Numbered from the stretch's first letter, positions 49,183 through 60,194 are shown. The stretch: 64,000 nt of DNA from Candidatus Stercoripulliclostridium sp. (GCA_045577735.1 JAZNIY010000025.1:48964-112963), one strand, 5' to 3'. Numbers and translations: made by a program. Notes: a model not told the origin generated them from the letters alone.

Positions 49183-50217
49183 CTAGTGAAAAGTGTGAGA
49201 GAAGAATATTTTGTAGGCTTCGCAAAATTCATCACTTTGAGAATATCTTTTGCACCCACCTTTGCAAACGTTCAAGTAGGGGCAGGTCGTGCATTTTTCT
49301 TTAATGCCATTTTTCGCTCTAAAGGATGTTGCTCGTGGTGAGGAAAGTAGTTCTTCGATTGAATGAGTGGTTACCTTCCCTAGGGCATAATCATCAAGAC
49401 AGTAAAAGTCACAAGGGAATGCCGTGCCGTCGCCCTCGAAAACCAAAGTGGGCTCACATCTACCATTCATGCCACATTGCTCGGCTCTACCCTGCTTTAT
49501 GATCATTAGGTAATTGTCAAATTGTCTTATTCTAATAGGGGAGGAATTAAAGTCACGGGCGTAAAGGGTATAGGTATCAATTAAAAATTGGGCATACTCT
49601 TCCCCGCTCATAACGTAGTCTTTGTTATCACCAAGGTACGGTATGAACTGTAGGTTTCTAAAGCCCCGCTTTTTAAAATCTTCATATATCTGTTTGCCTC
49701 GGCTTGCGTTGCCTTTATGAATTACGGACAATACGTTAAATGGAACACTCTCTTCTTTTAGTATTCTAATAGCGTCAAGTGCCAAGGGGAAGATTTCCTT
49801 TCCTTTTGCAATTCTTTCACTCGTAGCTTTTCTATCACCATCCAAGCTCACACCAACGAGCACGTTGTTTTCCTTGAATAACCTCGCCCATTTTTTGTCT
49901 ATGAGTAGTCCGTTGGTTTGTATGGAAAAGAGCACTTTAGCATTCAGCGTATTGCGTTCTTTAAAGTATGAGAAAAAGTCGTTAAAGAAGTCGTATCCAG
50001 CAAGAGTGGGCTCACCACCTTGGAAAACTATGGATAGATGTCCATCCTTAACGTAGTCAAGAGTTTTGTCAATTAGAGTATGGGAAAGTTCACGCGTAAA
50101 CGTGCCGTAATTCTTTATGCTACGTGCCTCAACTTCATCGCGATAGAAACAATATTTACAATTCGCATTACATTGCCCCGATGCGGGTTTAATCATTATG
50201 CTTAAATTTTTTCCCAT
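49183..50217 (-). CDS. Radical SAM/SPASM protein, anaerobic sulfatase-maturase-like
   Basis: IKPASGQCNANCKYCFY, FQGGEPTL, PCDFY, C-terminal Cys cluster. Confidence 0.85.
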   Translation of the reverse strand: MGKNLSIMIKPASGQCNANCKYCFYRDEVEARSIKNYGTFTRELSHTLIDKTLDYVKDGHLSIVFQGGEPTLAGYDFFNDFFSYFKERNTLNAKVLFSIQTNGLLIDKKWARLFKENNVLVGVSLDGDRKATSERIAKGKEIFPLALDAIRILKEESVPFNVLSVIHKGNASRGKQIYEDFKKRGFRNLQFIPYLGDNKDYVMSGEEYAQFLIDTYTLYARDFNSSPIRIRQFDNYLMIIKQGRAEQCGMNGRCEPTLVFEGDGTAFPCDFYCLDDYALGKVTTHSIEELLSSPRATSFRAKNGIKEKCTTCPYLNVCKGGCKRYSQSDEFCEAYKIFFSHTFH

Positions 50218-50340
50218 ATATTAATTATATCAAAGGGTATTGATTTTGTCCATACGATAAAAGATGAGTATTGAAAAACTATAATATATATATAGTATAA
50301 TAAAAAGATAAAAGTTAACGTAGACACCAAGGAAAAGGTT

Positions 50341-51423
50341 ATGGAAAAAGTAATTAAGATATCAAATGAATTTATGGTAGATGCACCCATTATTAAAGCC
50401 GAAAAATACGGTTGTGGGCACATTAACGATACCTATAAATTGACGGATGAAAGGGGGAAGTTCTACATTCTCCAAAGGATAAACCATCGCGTTTTTAGGG
50501 ACGTTGAGGCTCTAATGCAAAACATAGTTGGTGTAACACAATACGTCTACGCAAAAATGCTAGAAAGAGGTGAGGACGTTAGTGATGCTCTTAGGGTTAT
50601 TCCTACTCGTTTGGGGAACTCTTACTATGGCAATAGTGAGGTGGGATATTACCGTTTGTACAATTTTGTTTACGGTGGTATTAGCATAGAAACAGCACCG
50701 ACTTTAGAGCAATTTGAAGTATCTGGGATAGGTTTTGGTAAGTTTCAAAAACTGCTAAACGGGTATCCTGCAGAAACAATAAAGGACTCTATACCCAACT
50801 TTCATAATACGATAGACCGTTTTAGTAAATTTGAAAAAGCCATAAGGGAAGACAAGATAGATAGGTTAAAAGGAGTAAAAAAAGAGGTTGAGTGGTTTTT
50901 TGTAAGAAAGGAGTATTGCTCGCGTATAGTCAATCTGCTTGAGAGTGGGATTATGCCACTCAGAGTAACCCATAACGACACCAAACTCAACAACGTTTTG
51001 GTTAACACTTCCAGCATGACGCCCGTTACCGTAATAGACCTGGATACCGTTATGAAGGGCAGTTTGCTTTATGACTTTGGCGACAGCATTAGAAGTGGCG
51101 CGAATACGGGTGCAGAGGATGAAAAAGATCTTAGTAAAGTGGATTTTTCGCTTGCTCATTACGAGGCGTTCGTAAAAGGTTTTGTAGGCGAGGTAAGAGA
51201 CACTTTGACGGAATGCGAGCGGGAGCATTTGCACTTCGGGGCAATTCTAATGACCTTTGAGTGCGGTATGCGCTTTTTGACTGACTATTTGGAAGGAGAC
51301 CAATATTTTAAAGTGCATCGCGAGGGGCACAACCTTGACAGATGTCGCACCCAAATTAAAATGGTAGAAAAAATGGAAGAGCATTTGGAGGAGATGAAAG
51401 CCATAATCGCAAAGTATGCCTAA
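50341..51423 (+). CDS. APH-fold sugar kinase (N-acetylhexosamine 1-kinase-like)
   Basis: GHINDT, RVTHNDTKLNN, IDLDTV, YDFGD. Confidence 0.8.
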   Translation: MEKVIKISNEFMVDAPIIKAEKYGCGHINDTYKLTDERGKFYILQRINHRVFRDVEALMQNIVGVTQYVYAKMLERGEDVSDALRVIPTRLGNSYYGNSEVGYYRLYNFVYGGISIETAPTLEQFEVSGIGFGKFQKLLNGYPAETIKDSIPNFHNTIDRFSKFEKAIREDKIDRLKGVKKEVEWFFVRKEYCSRIVNLLESGIMPLRVTHNDTKLNNVLVNTSSMTPVTVIDLDTVMKGSLLYDFGDSIRSGANTGAEDEKDLSKVDFSLAHYEAFVKGFVGEVRDTLTECEREHLHFGAILMTFECGMRFLTDYLEGDQYFKVHREGHNLDRCRTQIKMVEKMEEHLEEMKAIIAKYA

Positions 51424-51564
51424 AATTATCTTTCAACTTTTAAGATAAGGGGCAAAAATCGTTGTCTATTTTTATTGTTAGTGATATAATCTTATAAAAT
51501 AAATCGTATAACAAGAGTTATACGAAAGCTTTTAAAAAAAAACTCATTTTAAGGAGACGGAAAT

Positions 51565-52557
51565 ATGAAAATTTTGGTTACCGGTGGCGCAGGGTATATA
51601 GCAAGCCACACCAACGTTGCACTTTTAAACGCCGGCTATGAAGTAGTAGCAGTCGATAATTTTTCTAACAGTTCTATCGATGCAGTTAGAAACGTAGAAA
51701 AAATTACTGGCAAGCAAGTAACTTTCTACGAAGGTGACGTTTGTGACAAGAAAATTTTAGAAAAGATTTTTAGCGAAAATGAAATATATGCAGTTATTCA
51801 CTTTGCAGGCTTAAAGGCCGTTGGCGAAAGCTGTGCAAAGCCTTTGCTTTACTATCGCAATAACATCGATAGCACCCTTTCTCTTCTTGAGGTTATGAAT
51901 GCCTACAACGTTAAGAAGTTTGTTTTTAGTTCTTCTGCAACCGTATACGGCACTCCTGAAAGACTTCCCATCGATGAAGACTGCCATCTTTCAACGACCA
52001 ATCCTTACGGCGCAACCAAACTTATGATAGAAAATATTCTTCGCGACGTATATGCAGCAGATAATGATTGGAATATTCTACTTCTCCGTTACTTCAACCC
52101 AGTAGGCGCACACGAAAGTGGACTTATAGGCGAGGACCCCAAAGGCATTCCTAACAATCTTATGCCTTACGTAGCAAAAGTAGCTCACGGCATTCTTCCC
52201 TACCTTAACGTATTTGGCAACGACTACGATACTCCCGATGGTACCGGTGTACGCGATTATATCCACGTTATGGACCTCGCAGAAGGACACCTCGCTGCGC
52301 TTGAAAACATCAATAATTATGGTGTTGATGCCGTTAACCTTGGTACCGGCGTAGGATACAGTGTTCTCGATATGGTTAAGGCATTCGAAAAGGCTTGTGG
52401 CCATGAAGTTGCCTATAAGATTGCTCCCCGTCGTGCCGGTGATATTGCTACTTGCTACGCTTGCCCCGACAAAGCAAAGAAAGAACTTAAATGGAGCGCA
52501 AAGCGTAATTTGGAAGATATGTGTCGCGACCTTTGGAATTTCCAAAAAAACAGATAA
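51565..52557 (+). CDS. galE: UDP-glucose 4-epimerase
   Basis: GGAGYI, HFAGLKAVGES, YGATK, LRYFNP. Confidence 0.96.
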   Translation: MKILVTGGAGYIASHTNVALLNAGYEVVAVDNFSNSSIDAVRNVEKITGKQVTFYEGDVCDKKILEKIFSENEIYAVIHFAGLKAVGESCAKPLLYYRNNIDSTLSLLEVMNAYNVKKFVFSSSATVYGTPERLPIDEDCHLSTTNPYGATKLMIENILRDVYAADNDWNILLLRYFNPVGAHESGLIGEDPKGIPNNLMPYVAKVAHGILPYLNVFGNDYDTPDGTGVRDYIHVMDLAEGHLAALENINNYGVDAVNLGTGVGYSVLDMVKAFEKACGHEVAYKIAPRRAGDIATCYACPDKAKKELKWSAKRNLEDMCRDLWNFQKNR

Positions 52558-52569
52558 TAGGGGCTAACC

Positions 52570-53754
52570 ATGTATAACAAGAAAATGCATCATTTGGGCA
52601 GTGTGCGCTCGGTTATTAGAGAGCTTTTCGAGTTTGGAAAGAAGAGAGCGCAAGAGGTTGGAGCAGACAAGGTATATGATTTTTCACTTGGTAATCCCTC
52701 CGTACCCGCGCCCGCTTGTGTTAATGAAGCAATAAAAGATTTGGTAGAAAACTATCCATCAACGGCCCTTCACGGATATACTTCCGCACAAGGTGACGCT
52801 TCCGTTAGAAAGGCTATTGCCGAGTACATTAACGAGCGTTTTGGAACGGCTCTTAACGCTGATAGTATCTATATGACTGTAGGTGCTGCAGCTTCTCTAT
52901 GCATTACGCTAAGAGCACTAAACGAGGGCGCAGACGAGTTTATTACGGTTGCACCATTCTTCCCTGAATATACCGTTTTTACCGAGGCAACCGGAGCTTC
53001 TCTCAAGGTTGTTCCTATGAAGCAGGACGACTTCCAAATTGACCTTGTAGCTTTCGAAAAGGCGATTACTCCTCTTACAAAGGGCATCATCCTAAATTCT
53101 CCTAATAACCCATCCGGCGTTGTATATACCAAAGAAACGATCATTGGTGTAACAACAATTTTGGGCAACAAACAAAAGGAATATGGTCACCCAATATATC
53201 TCATAAGTGACGAACCATACAGAGAACTTGTATATGGTGACGTAGAGGTTCCATACCTAATGAACTACTATGATAATACCATTGTTTGCTACTCGTACAG
53301 TAAATCTCTTTCTCTTCCCGGTGAGCGTATTGGTTACGTAGCAGTAAGCAACAAAATAGAAAACGAACGCGACGTATACGCAGCAATTTGTGGAGCCGGT
53401 AGAGCTCTTGGTTACGTATGTGCGCCTAGCCTTATGCAAAGGGTTGTAGAAAGATGTTTGCGCGCAACTCCCGACATTGCAGAATACAAAAAGAATAGGG
53501 ATATAATATACAATTCTCTAACCGAAATGGGTTATACTTGCATTAGGCCCGACGGAGCTTTTTACTTGTTTGTAAAGGCACTAGAAGAGGATGCAAACGC
53601 ATTTTGCGATAGGGCAAAGGAGCTTGGTTTATTAATAGTTCCCGGTGACAGTTTTGGGGCTCCCGGCTTTTGTCGTATCTCCTACTGCGTATCATATGAT
53701 ATGATAGTACGTTCCCTTCCCGCATTCAAGGAACTAATTGCGAGTTATAAGTAA
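52570..53754 (+). CDS. PLP-dependent aminotransferase class I/II
   Basis: NSPNNPSG, SDEPY, SYSKSLSLPGERIG. Confidence 0.9.
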   Translation: MYNKKMHHLGSVRSVIRELFEFGKKRAQEVGADKVYDFSLGNPSVPAPACVNEAIKDLVENYPSTALHGYTSAQGDASVRKAIAEYINERFGTALNADSIYMTVGAAASLCITLRALNEGADEFITVAPFFPEYTVFTEATGASLKVVPMKQDDFQIDLVAFEKAITPLTKGIILNSPNNPSGVVYTKETIIGVTTILGNKQKEYGHPIYLISDEPYRELVYGDVEVPYLMNYYDNTIVCYSYSKSLSLPGERIGYVAVSNKIENERDVYAAICGAGRALGYVCAPSLMQRVVERCLRATPDIAEYKKNRDIIYNSLTEMGYTCIRPDGAFYLFVKALEEDANAFCDRAKELGLLIVPGDSFGAPGFCRISYCVSYDMIVRSLPAFKELIASYK

Positions 53755-54560
53755 TGCTTAATATTATTATTTACATTTTAATAACACTTTTTGCCACCAC
53801 CCTAGGAGCCATTTCCGGCATGGGTGGCGGTGTTATTATGAAGCCCGCGTTTGACTTAATAGGAGAATACAACGCTTCCAGTATTGCAGTCGTTACCTCT
53901 TGTTCGGTTTTCACAATGTCCCTTGTTTCCGTTGCACTCAAGTTGCTTGCAAAGAAAAAAGAGGGCGAGGAAAAACCCGATTATATCATAATTCTATTTA
54001 TGGCACTCGGTTCGATTGCCGGTGGATATTTAGGCAACTTAGTATTTGGGTTAATTACTGCAAACGCTAGCGATGCAATAGTTAAAATTTGTCAAAACTC
54101 CGTGCTCATAACCGTTATGATATTTATCATAATATATATGAACTCGGCAAACAAACCCAAATCACTCAACTCAAAAAGCAAGGTGGTGGCCGTTATAGCA
54201 GGTCTATTCCTCGGTGTAATTTCCAGTTTCTTAGGAATAGGTGGTGGCCCAATGAACGTGGCAATCATAATTTTCCTATTTGGATACGGCATGAAAACGG
54301 CGTCAATATGCTCCCTTGCAATAATTATTTTCTCGCAAGCAACCAAGATTATCACAATGACCGTAGAAGGTGGAGTTGGAATTTTTAACGTAGAGATACT
54401 AATCTTCGTAATGGTTGCAAGCGTTCTTGGTGCATTTATAGGTAGGTTTATTACTAAAAAAATATCGGAAAAAGGCGCAAAAGTATGTTTCCTTTGCGCC
54501 CAAATTATAATAGTAGGTTTGTGTATTTATAACCTTGTTAAATATGCTTTGTTAGTTTAA
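53754..54560 (+). CDS. TauE/SafE-family membrane protein
   Basis: GMGGGV..KP and GIGGGP repeats. Confidence 0.82.
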   Translation: MLNIIIYILITLFATTLGAISGMGGGVIMKPAFDLIGEYNASSIAVVTSCSVFTMSLVSVALKLLAKKKEGEEKPDYIIILFMALGSIAGGYLGNLVFGLITANASDAIVKICQNSVLITVMIFIIIYMNSANKPKSLNSKSKVVAVIAGLFLGVISSFLGIGGGPMNVAIIIFLFGYGMKTASICSLAIIIFSQATKIITMTVEGGVGIFNVEILIFVMVASVLGAFIGRFITKKISEKGAKVCFLCAQIIIVGLCIYNLVKYALLV

Positions 54561-54979
54561 GCAATAGCACCCTCGACTACAACTGCAATAATAAAGCAAA
54601 TCCAAAGTGCAACTATGAACGCGCCTTCCGCTGGGAGGGCGAGTTTTGTATATGCACATTTCCAACCCTTATCAACGAAGGTGAACGTTAGGCGAGTGAA
54701 GAATACGGTGTTGGAAAAAATGAGTCCTCCAACGAGAGAATAGAAAGGCTTACCAAAAAGGAAAGCAAGTAGCGCTAGGAACAAACCCAAAGCAAATGAG
54801 ATACCGCCGTAATATACGCGAATTTCGGTTACACCGGCCTCATCTTTTGGTTTCATAGAGTATTTTTCTGCGCTTTTAACCGGGTTGAGAATGAATACGA
54901 TGGCAGTGCCAAAAAAGTAAAGACAAAGACCTATTGTTGCGACGGTCGAAGCTACGTTACTTGAAATAATTTCTAGCAT
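54557..54979 (-). CDS. Small membrane protein (DUF4345-like)
   Basis: EIRVYYGG motif, 4 TM. Confidence 0.6.
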   Translation of the reverse strand: MLEIISSNVASTVATIGLCLYFFGTAIVFILNPVKSAEKYSMKPKDEAGVTEIRVYYGGISFALGLFLALLAFLFGKPFYSLVGGLIFSNTVFFTRLTFTFVDKGWKCAYTKLALPAEGAFIVALWICFIIAVVVEGAIA

Positions 54980-55174
54980 ATTGATTTTTTTCTCCCTTTT
55001 ATGATATAATTAATTTGTTGATAATAAGATTTTACTACTAAAAGTGAAATATATCAAGGGGAAAGAACAATAACTAATAGACTAATTAGTGACTTAAGAG
55101 AGAAGCCGAAAGGTTTCTCTCTTTTTTTTAAAAAAGTATTGACAATTATTTTTCATAGGTTTATACTTTCAAAT

Positions 55175-55237
55175 ATGAAAAATATGAAGTTTAACGCATT
55201 TGAATTTTTCTTTTTTGGCTTTAGCAATAGAGTTTAA
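55175..55237 (+). CDS. Phe-rich leader peptide MKNMKFNAFEFFFFGFSNRV
   Basis: 7 Phe codons in 20; starts ~7 nt after -10 TATACT of TTGACA-N17-TATACT (55139-55167); upstream of pheA. Confidence 0.8.
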   Translation: MKNMKFNAFEFFFFGFSNRV

Positions 55238-55240
55238 TTT

Positions 55241-55298
55241 GTGTGCGGTAAATTAATATATTACGTTACATTGAACCGCACGAAAGTGTGGTTTTTTT
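55241..55298 (+). terminator. Attenuator: antiterminator GTGCGGT and terminator AACCGCAC-GAAA-GTGTGGTT-T tract
   Basis: Mutually exclusive pairing read directly. Confidence 0.8.
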
Positions 55299-55314
55299 AA
55301 TAGGAGATATCTAT

Positions 55315-56463
55315 ATGGACAAAACGGAAATCAAAGACCTTAGGCAAAACATTAATGCTATTGATGATGAAATAGCCACCCTATACGTTAAACGTATGGC
55401 AATTGCAAAAGAAATTGGCGAATACAAGGTACAAAACAAGCTTTGTGTGGGCGATGCTAATCGTGAAAGAGAGATTATAAATAGGGTAACTAAGGATATG
55501 CCCCAAGAGATTAAACTTTACGGCAAACAGCTTTTTGAAAGTTTGTTTAATACCTCAAAGGCCTATCAAACCAGATTTGTAGAAGTTGACTCTAAAGTTA
55601 TAGCCAACGTCAAAAAGGCCATTCAAGAGGGTGTCCAAGAATTTCCTACTTCTGCTTGCGTTGCTTGTCAGGGCGTTGCTGGAGCATATTCACAAATAGC
55701 AACTGACAGAATGTTCCCCATTGCAGATATTTTGTATTTTAAGGATTGGGACGCAGTATTTAAAGCCGTTGAAAGAGGTCTTTGCGACTTTGGCGTTCTT
55801 CCCATAGAAAACTCTAACGCAGGCTCTGTTAACGCTGTTTACGACCTAATGCGCAAGCATAACTTCTATATTGCAAAGAGCATAAAATTACGTATTCAGC
55901 ACTACTTACTTGCAAAAACGGGTACCGAAATTGGTGATATTAAGGAAGTATTCACCCATGAACAAGCAGTTGCACAATGTAGTGAGTTCCTAAAGACACT
56001 AGGAGAGGTTAAAGTAACGGTTGTAGACAATACTGCAAAGGCAGCAGAACTTGTTGCAGACAGTGAAAGAAAGGACATTGCTTGCATTTGCTCCCACGAT
56101 TGTGCCGGATTGTACGGCTTGAGCATAGTTGAGCCCAACGTTCAAAATAACGATAACAACTATACTAGATTTATCGCTATCGCAAAGGAACTTAAGGTTT
56201 ATCAAAATGCTTCCAAGATTTCCATTATGGCAAATCTTCCCCACGAAGCCGGTAGTCTTAACAAGGTACTAAATCGTTTTGCATCCCTTGGATTAAACCT
56301 AACCAAACTAGAATCTCGTCCCATGAGCAATACCTCTTTCGAGTTTGCTTTCTACTTTGATATTGCGGCGAAGATTGAGCAACCCGAAGTACAAAACTTG
56401 CTGGCTGAACTTGACAACACTTGCGACAAGTTCGTATTCCTAGGCGCATACGAAGAAATTTAA
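55315..56463 (+). CDS. pheA: Chorismate mutase/prephenate dehydratase
   Basis: LRQNINAIDDEI CM domain; LPIENS, NYTRF, LTKLESRP ACT. Confidence 0.94.
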   Translation: MDKTEIKDLRQNINAIDDEIATLYVKRMAIAKEIGEYKVQNKLCVGDANREREIINRVTKDMPQEIKLYGKQLFESLFNTSKAYQTRFVEVDSKVIANVKKAIQEGVQEFPTSACVACQGVAGAYSQIATDRMFPIADILYFKDWDAVFKAVERGLCDFGVLPIENSNAGSVNAVYDLMRKHNFYIAKSIKLRIQHYLLAKTGTEIGDIKEVFTHEQAVAQCSEFLKTLGEVKVTVVDNTAKAAELVADSERKDIACICSHDCAGLYGLSIVEPNVQNNDNNYTRFIAIAKELKVYQNASKISIMANLPHEAGSLNKVLNRFASLGLNLTKLESRPMSNTSFEFAFYFDIAAKIEQPEVQNLLAELDNTCDKFVFLGAYEEI

Positions 56464-56532
56464 TCTATTAGCATATAGATAAATCTCGATTAATTTGTAG
56501 CACACTTCAAATAAGTGTGCTATATTATTTGC

Positions 56533-57246
56533 ATGAAGGCAGAATTTTTAAAGAATAAAAAGTTGGTTATTTTTGATATGGACGGCACTCTCATTGATTC
56601 CATGGGAGTATGGAACGAGGCTGATGAAAGGGTCGTTGCCATTATTAGAAGAGATGGGTTGAACACGAAGGAAAATATGCTAGAAGTACGCAACGAAGCT
56701 CTTCGATTGTTTTCTACCAGTCCTAATCCTTATGAGGAATATTGTTCTTTGTTAAAAGAGAGATATAAATCCGACCTTTCCAAAGAGGAGATATTTGCCA
56801 TTCGTTACAAGATAGCAAGCGAATATTTGGAAACGCGCATAAAGTTCAAACCATATGCCGATCAACTGATTAAGAAGTTAAAAGAAGAGGGCTATCTTCT
56901 AGCCATAGCGAGCACAACGCAAAGCAAGAATATGGCAATATATCGTTTTAAGAATCAAAACATCATTTCAAAAGCAAGGCTTGACGATTACTTCGACCTC
57001 ATTCTAGCCCGTGACGATTGTTATGAAATTAAGCCACATCCCGAAATATTTCTCAAGGTGCTTTCAACCTTAGGGGTAAAAGGGGAGGATGCCATTATTT
57101 TTGAAGACTCTCTTGTAGGTGTAGAGGCTGCAAAAAGAGCAGGGGTTGAGTGTTGTGTTATCTATGATAAATTCTCGGATTGCGATCGTGATAAAATAAA
57201 TGCACTTGCCGATTATAAGATAGACTCTTTTGAAGAATTACTCTAA
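56533..57246 (+). CDS. HAD-family phosphatase
   Basis: FDMDGTL, KPHP, FEDS. Confidence 0.9.
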   Translation: MKAEFLKNKKLVIFDMDGTLIDSMGVWNEADERVVAIIRRDGLNTKENMLEVRNEALRLFSTSPNPYEEYCSLLKERYKSDLSKEEIFAIRYKIASEYLETRIKFKPYADQLIKKLKEEGYLLAIASTTQSKNMAIYRFKNQNIISKARLDDYFDLILARDDCYEIKPHPEIFLKVLSTLGVKGEDAIIFEDSLVGVEAAKRAGVECCVIYDKFSDCDRDKINALADYKIDSFEELL

Positions 57247-57301
57247 TCATACGCATTAAAAAAGCACCCACATGGGTGCTTTTGTTTTATCAATTATAAA
57301 A

Positions 57302-58543
57302 TTATTTTAGTAGACTGTCTTTTTTGTATTTTCTCATTATAGTAAAATACACAAAAATTGCTATTAGTGGGAAAATCATGCCAACCAGCATGCCGGCTTT
57401 CATGCCTAATTGTTCGGGCGTTATGCTTAGTTCCAAAGCAAGTTTAATGCCGAAATCAGAAAGAGTAATGGCATCGGTTATACTGCCTACCAATTGTGGT
57501 ACTATTGCAGAACCAAGATCGCCACCCGAAGCCATCATTGCGAACATAAACACGCCACCTTGAGGTATGCGTTCTTGACCAACTATTAAACTGCCCGGCC
57601 ATAGCATAGCCGTGAAAAGCCCCGTTAACGCACAAGCAACAAGTCCAAGAATGGGTATGGGGGTGAGAACTGCTGTCAAATAGCAGAGGGTTGCTCCTAT
57701 TGCACTAAAGAATAGCACTTTTGCTACGTTCTTTCCTATTTTTGAGTATAAGGTACGGCCAAGACCTAGGAACAAGGCAAAGAGAGCAAGACCAAATATG
57801 TCCCCAAGTAACTTTGGTATACCGAGGGAAGCCTCCAAATATCCACTACACCATTGGCTCATTGTGTTTTCTGCCGCTCCGCCAAGGAATATCGCAAAGA
57901 AGCATAGCCACAATTCCTTGTTTTTCATTAAGTCAATAACGCCGGAAACCCTTTCCGGTGTTTCCATTTGAGGAATTTTAGAACATATGAAAAGACAGGC
58001 TGAAACAAGGGGTATTATGCCAAGAATAAGGGCGAGATAATGCCAATTATTGTACCCTACGAAATGCAAGAAAATGGAACTAAAGGCAATTACGCCTACA
58101 ACACCCCAGGCGTACATGGAGTGTAGTTTACTCATTTCACGTTCGGGATTCTTTGAGGGGACCGAGGCAATAACAGGGCTCATTAGCACCTCGCCAAGGC
58201 CTCCGCTTACTGCAAAAATAATGGTACCAATAAAGATGCCGACTACTGCGTGAGTAGGGAAAAATAGTGGAATTAGAGCATATATTAATAAACCGACACA
58301 AGTGAGTATGGGTGTCAGTTTTACAGCGATTGGGATATTAAACTTGTGTGAAAAGAAGCTAAATAGCAAATCAATTGAAAGTTGAGTTACAAAGTTTACG
58401 GCAACCAACAAACCAAGCAAAGTATAGCTAATACCGTAGGTTTCCTTGAACGTCAAAAAAAGGAGTGGAGAAAGACAAATAACCACACTCATAGAAACGC
58501 CCGAAGAATAGCAAGCTAGTTTTACTCTTTTGTTATTATCCAT
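57302..58543 (-). CDS. MFS transporter
   Basis: ~12 TM; LHSMYAWG, GGAAE, GGDLG. Confidence 0.82.
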   Translation of the reverse strand: MDNNKRVKLACYSSGVSMSVVICLSPLLFLTFKETYGISYTLLGLLVAVNFVTQLSIDLLFSFFSHKFNIPIAVKLTPILTCVGLLIYALIPLFFPTHAVVGIFIGTIIFAVSGGLGEVLMSPVIASVPSKNPEREMSKLHSMYAWGVVGVIAFSSIFLHFVGYNNWHYLALILGIIPLVSACLFICSKIPQMETPERVSGVIDLMKNKELWLCFFAIFLGGAAENTMSQWCSGYLEASLGIPKLLGDIFGLALFALFLGLGRTLYSKIGKNVAKVLFFSAIGATLCYLTAVLTPIPILGLVACALTGLFTAMLWPGSLIVGQERIPQGGVFMFAMMASGGDLGSAIVPQLVGSITDAITLSDFGIKLALELSITPEQLGMKAGMLVGMIFPLIAIFVYFTIMRKYKKDSLLK

Positions 58544-58749
58544 AATGACCTCTTTAATAAAAGTATAGCATATGGCGCGTTGGTAACACAACATTTTAAC
58601 GTTAAGTAGCTACCCGTCATAAAGGATATATCAAGATTTTGGGGCGTTGTTTTCAAAATATGGAGGTTTTATTTAATTTACGTATTGAAGTAGTAAGAAA
58701 TATATGGTAAAATATAAAAATAGTAAACCACGTTACTAAAGGAGAAGAG

Positions 58750-60087
58750 ATGATTACTAAATTAAGAAGAACTAGTAAATTGTCCAAAAATTTAGTTAAC
58801 GAAAAGCTTAATGCCAACAAGCTTGATATTGAAGATCGCAAGCAAAGAAAGGCATTTTTGCAAGCAATAGAGGAAAGACCTCGTCTGCTAAACTCTCTTA
58901 ATGAGGAAAACAGAAACGAGTTCTTGATGCTTGCAATCAAAGAAGATTATCGTTACTTTACCTATTTGGACAAAAAGTTCTACACGGAAGAGCTAGCAAG
59001 CGAATATCTTTACGAGCGCCTACTTGAAGGCAGTAAGGATATGTTCAAAAACAAGCAAAAGCACAATTATTTGAAGGGCTTTGCAAGTATTCTTGAGGGT
59101 AATGGTGATGGACTTTATGATTCCTTTGTTGGACAAGTAGGGGACAATTTCCGTTATATTATCCAAAAAAGTTATGACAACAAGGTATTGCTTTCCTTTA
59201 ACTACGCAACCGTCGATGGTGACGAAGTTTTCTACGTTGACAGAGAGCTAGAGGTTCCAACTTCTTTAAAATCTCACTTTAAAGTATCATTCCAGATGGT
59301 CGATACCTTGAAGTTCTTGGAGAAAATGAACGTTAGCGTAGCACAACTAGGCGTGGAAAAAATATACAATACTTTCACCGATTTAATTTGTGGCAACTAT
59401 AAGACCTATTTGCACCAATACATTGATGAAAATAACGCTGGTTTCTATAGCTTAACCTCGACTACGCCTAGAATTCAAGAGTTCATTAAGGGAAAATTCC
59501 AAGCTACTTTCTTGGAATACGGCGTTGAGTTAACCGATTTCGTCATTAAGAGCATCAACGTTCCCAGAGAGGTGGTATATAAGATTGAGGACCAAGCTCT
59601 TGAGTTTTTACTTGCTCGTCATAAGATGGAAGCAGATACCATTCTTCAAAGAAAATCTCTTGAAAACTACGTTGAAAAGCTCACGGCACTCAAGGATTTC
59701 CCCGACGTATATCCCGAGCAAACGGAATACGAAAAGGATCTTGCACTTGTTAGAGAGCTCAAGAGAAGTGGTAAGTTTGAAGATAAACTCGTTGATAGGA
59801 ATATCGGCCTAGCTAACATTAAAGAAAGAGTGGACACTGACGTCGAGCAAGTCAAAGACGTACTACCAAAGAGAAGATGGCTTACCCTTGCAAAGGTACT
59901 ATATCATACGGCATTCTGGATATGCGTAATCGTAGCACTTTCCATGCTTGCAGTAGATGCAACCGGTGGCATAACTATGGTAGCACTAGGTGGCGTATTC
60001 CTACTCTTCGGACTAGTTGCATTCTTTGCGTATGACAAATTCAAAGCACCCAATTTGATAGAAAAACAAAAAGGAGACAAAGAATAA
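58750..60087 (+). CDS. Hypothetical membrane protein, possibly SPFH-like, with two C-terminal TMs
   Basis: FLEYGVELTDFVIKSINVP resembles an SPFH-domain end. Confidence 0.55.
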   Translation: MITKLRRTSKLSKNLVNEKLNANKLDIEDRKQRKAFLQAIEERPRLLNSLNEENRNEFLMLAIKEDYRYFTYLDKKFYTEELASEYLYERLLEGSKDMFKNKQKHNYLKGFASILEGNGDGLYDSFVGQVGDNFRYIIQKSYDNKVLLSFNYATVDGDEVFYVDRELEVPTSLKSHFKVSFQMVDTLKFLEKMNVSVAQLGVEKIYNTFTDLICGNYKTYLHQYIDENNAGFYSLTSTTPRIQEFIKGKFQATFLEYGVELTDFVIKSINVPREVVYKIEDQALEFLLARHKMEADTILQRKSLENYVEKLTALKDFPDVYPEQTEYEKDLALVRELKRSGKFEDKLVDRNIGLANIKERVDTDVEQVKDVLPKRRWLTLAKVLYHTAFWICVIVALSMLAVDATGGITMVALGGVFLLFGLVAFFAYDKFKAPNLIEKQKGDKE

Positions 60088-60194
60088 TGAAACAAAAAAT
60101 AAGAATTAGAAAGGCACTAATACTAATTTCCACCATTCTCTGCTCCTCAGCGCTCATAGTACCGGGTATTTTGAGATTGCTTGGAAAGATTTAA
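60087..60194 (+). CDS. 35-aa single-TM small protein
   Basis: AAGGAG RBS, TAATG coupling, followed by terminator 60210-60238; not in ORF track. Confidence 0.55.
   Translation: MKQKIRIRKALILISTILCSSALIVPGILRLLGKI

Noticed and set aside
49183-50217. RiPP cluster around the radical SAM/SPASM gene
   Set aside because: No precursor peptide, RRE or exporter nearby; motifs fit sulfatase maturases
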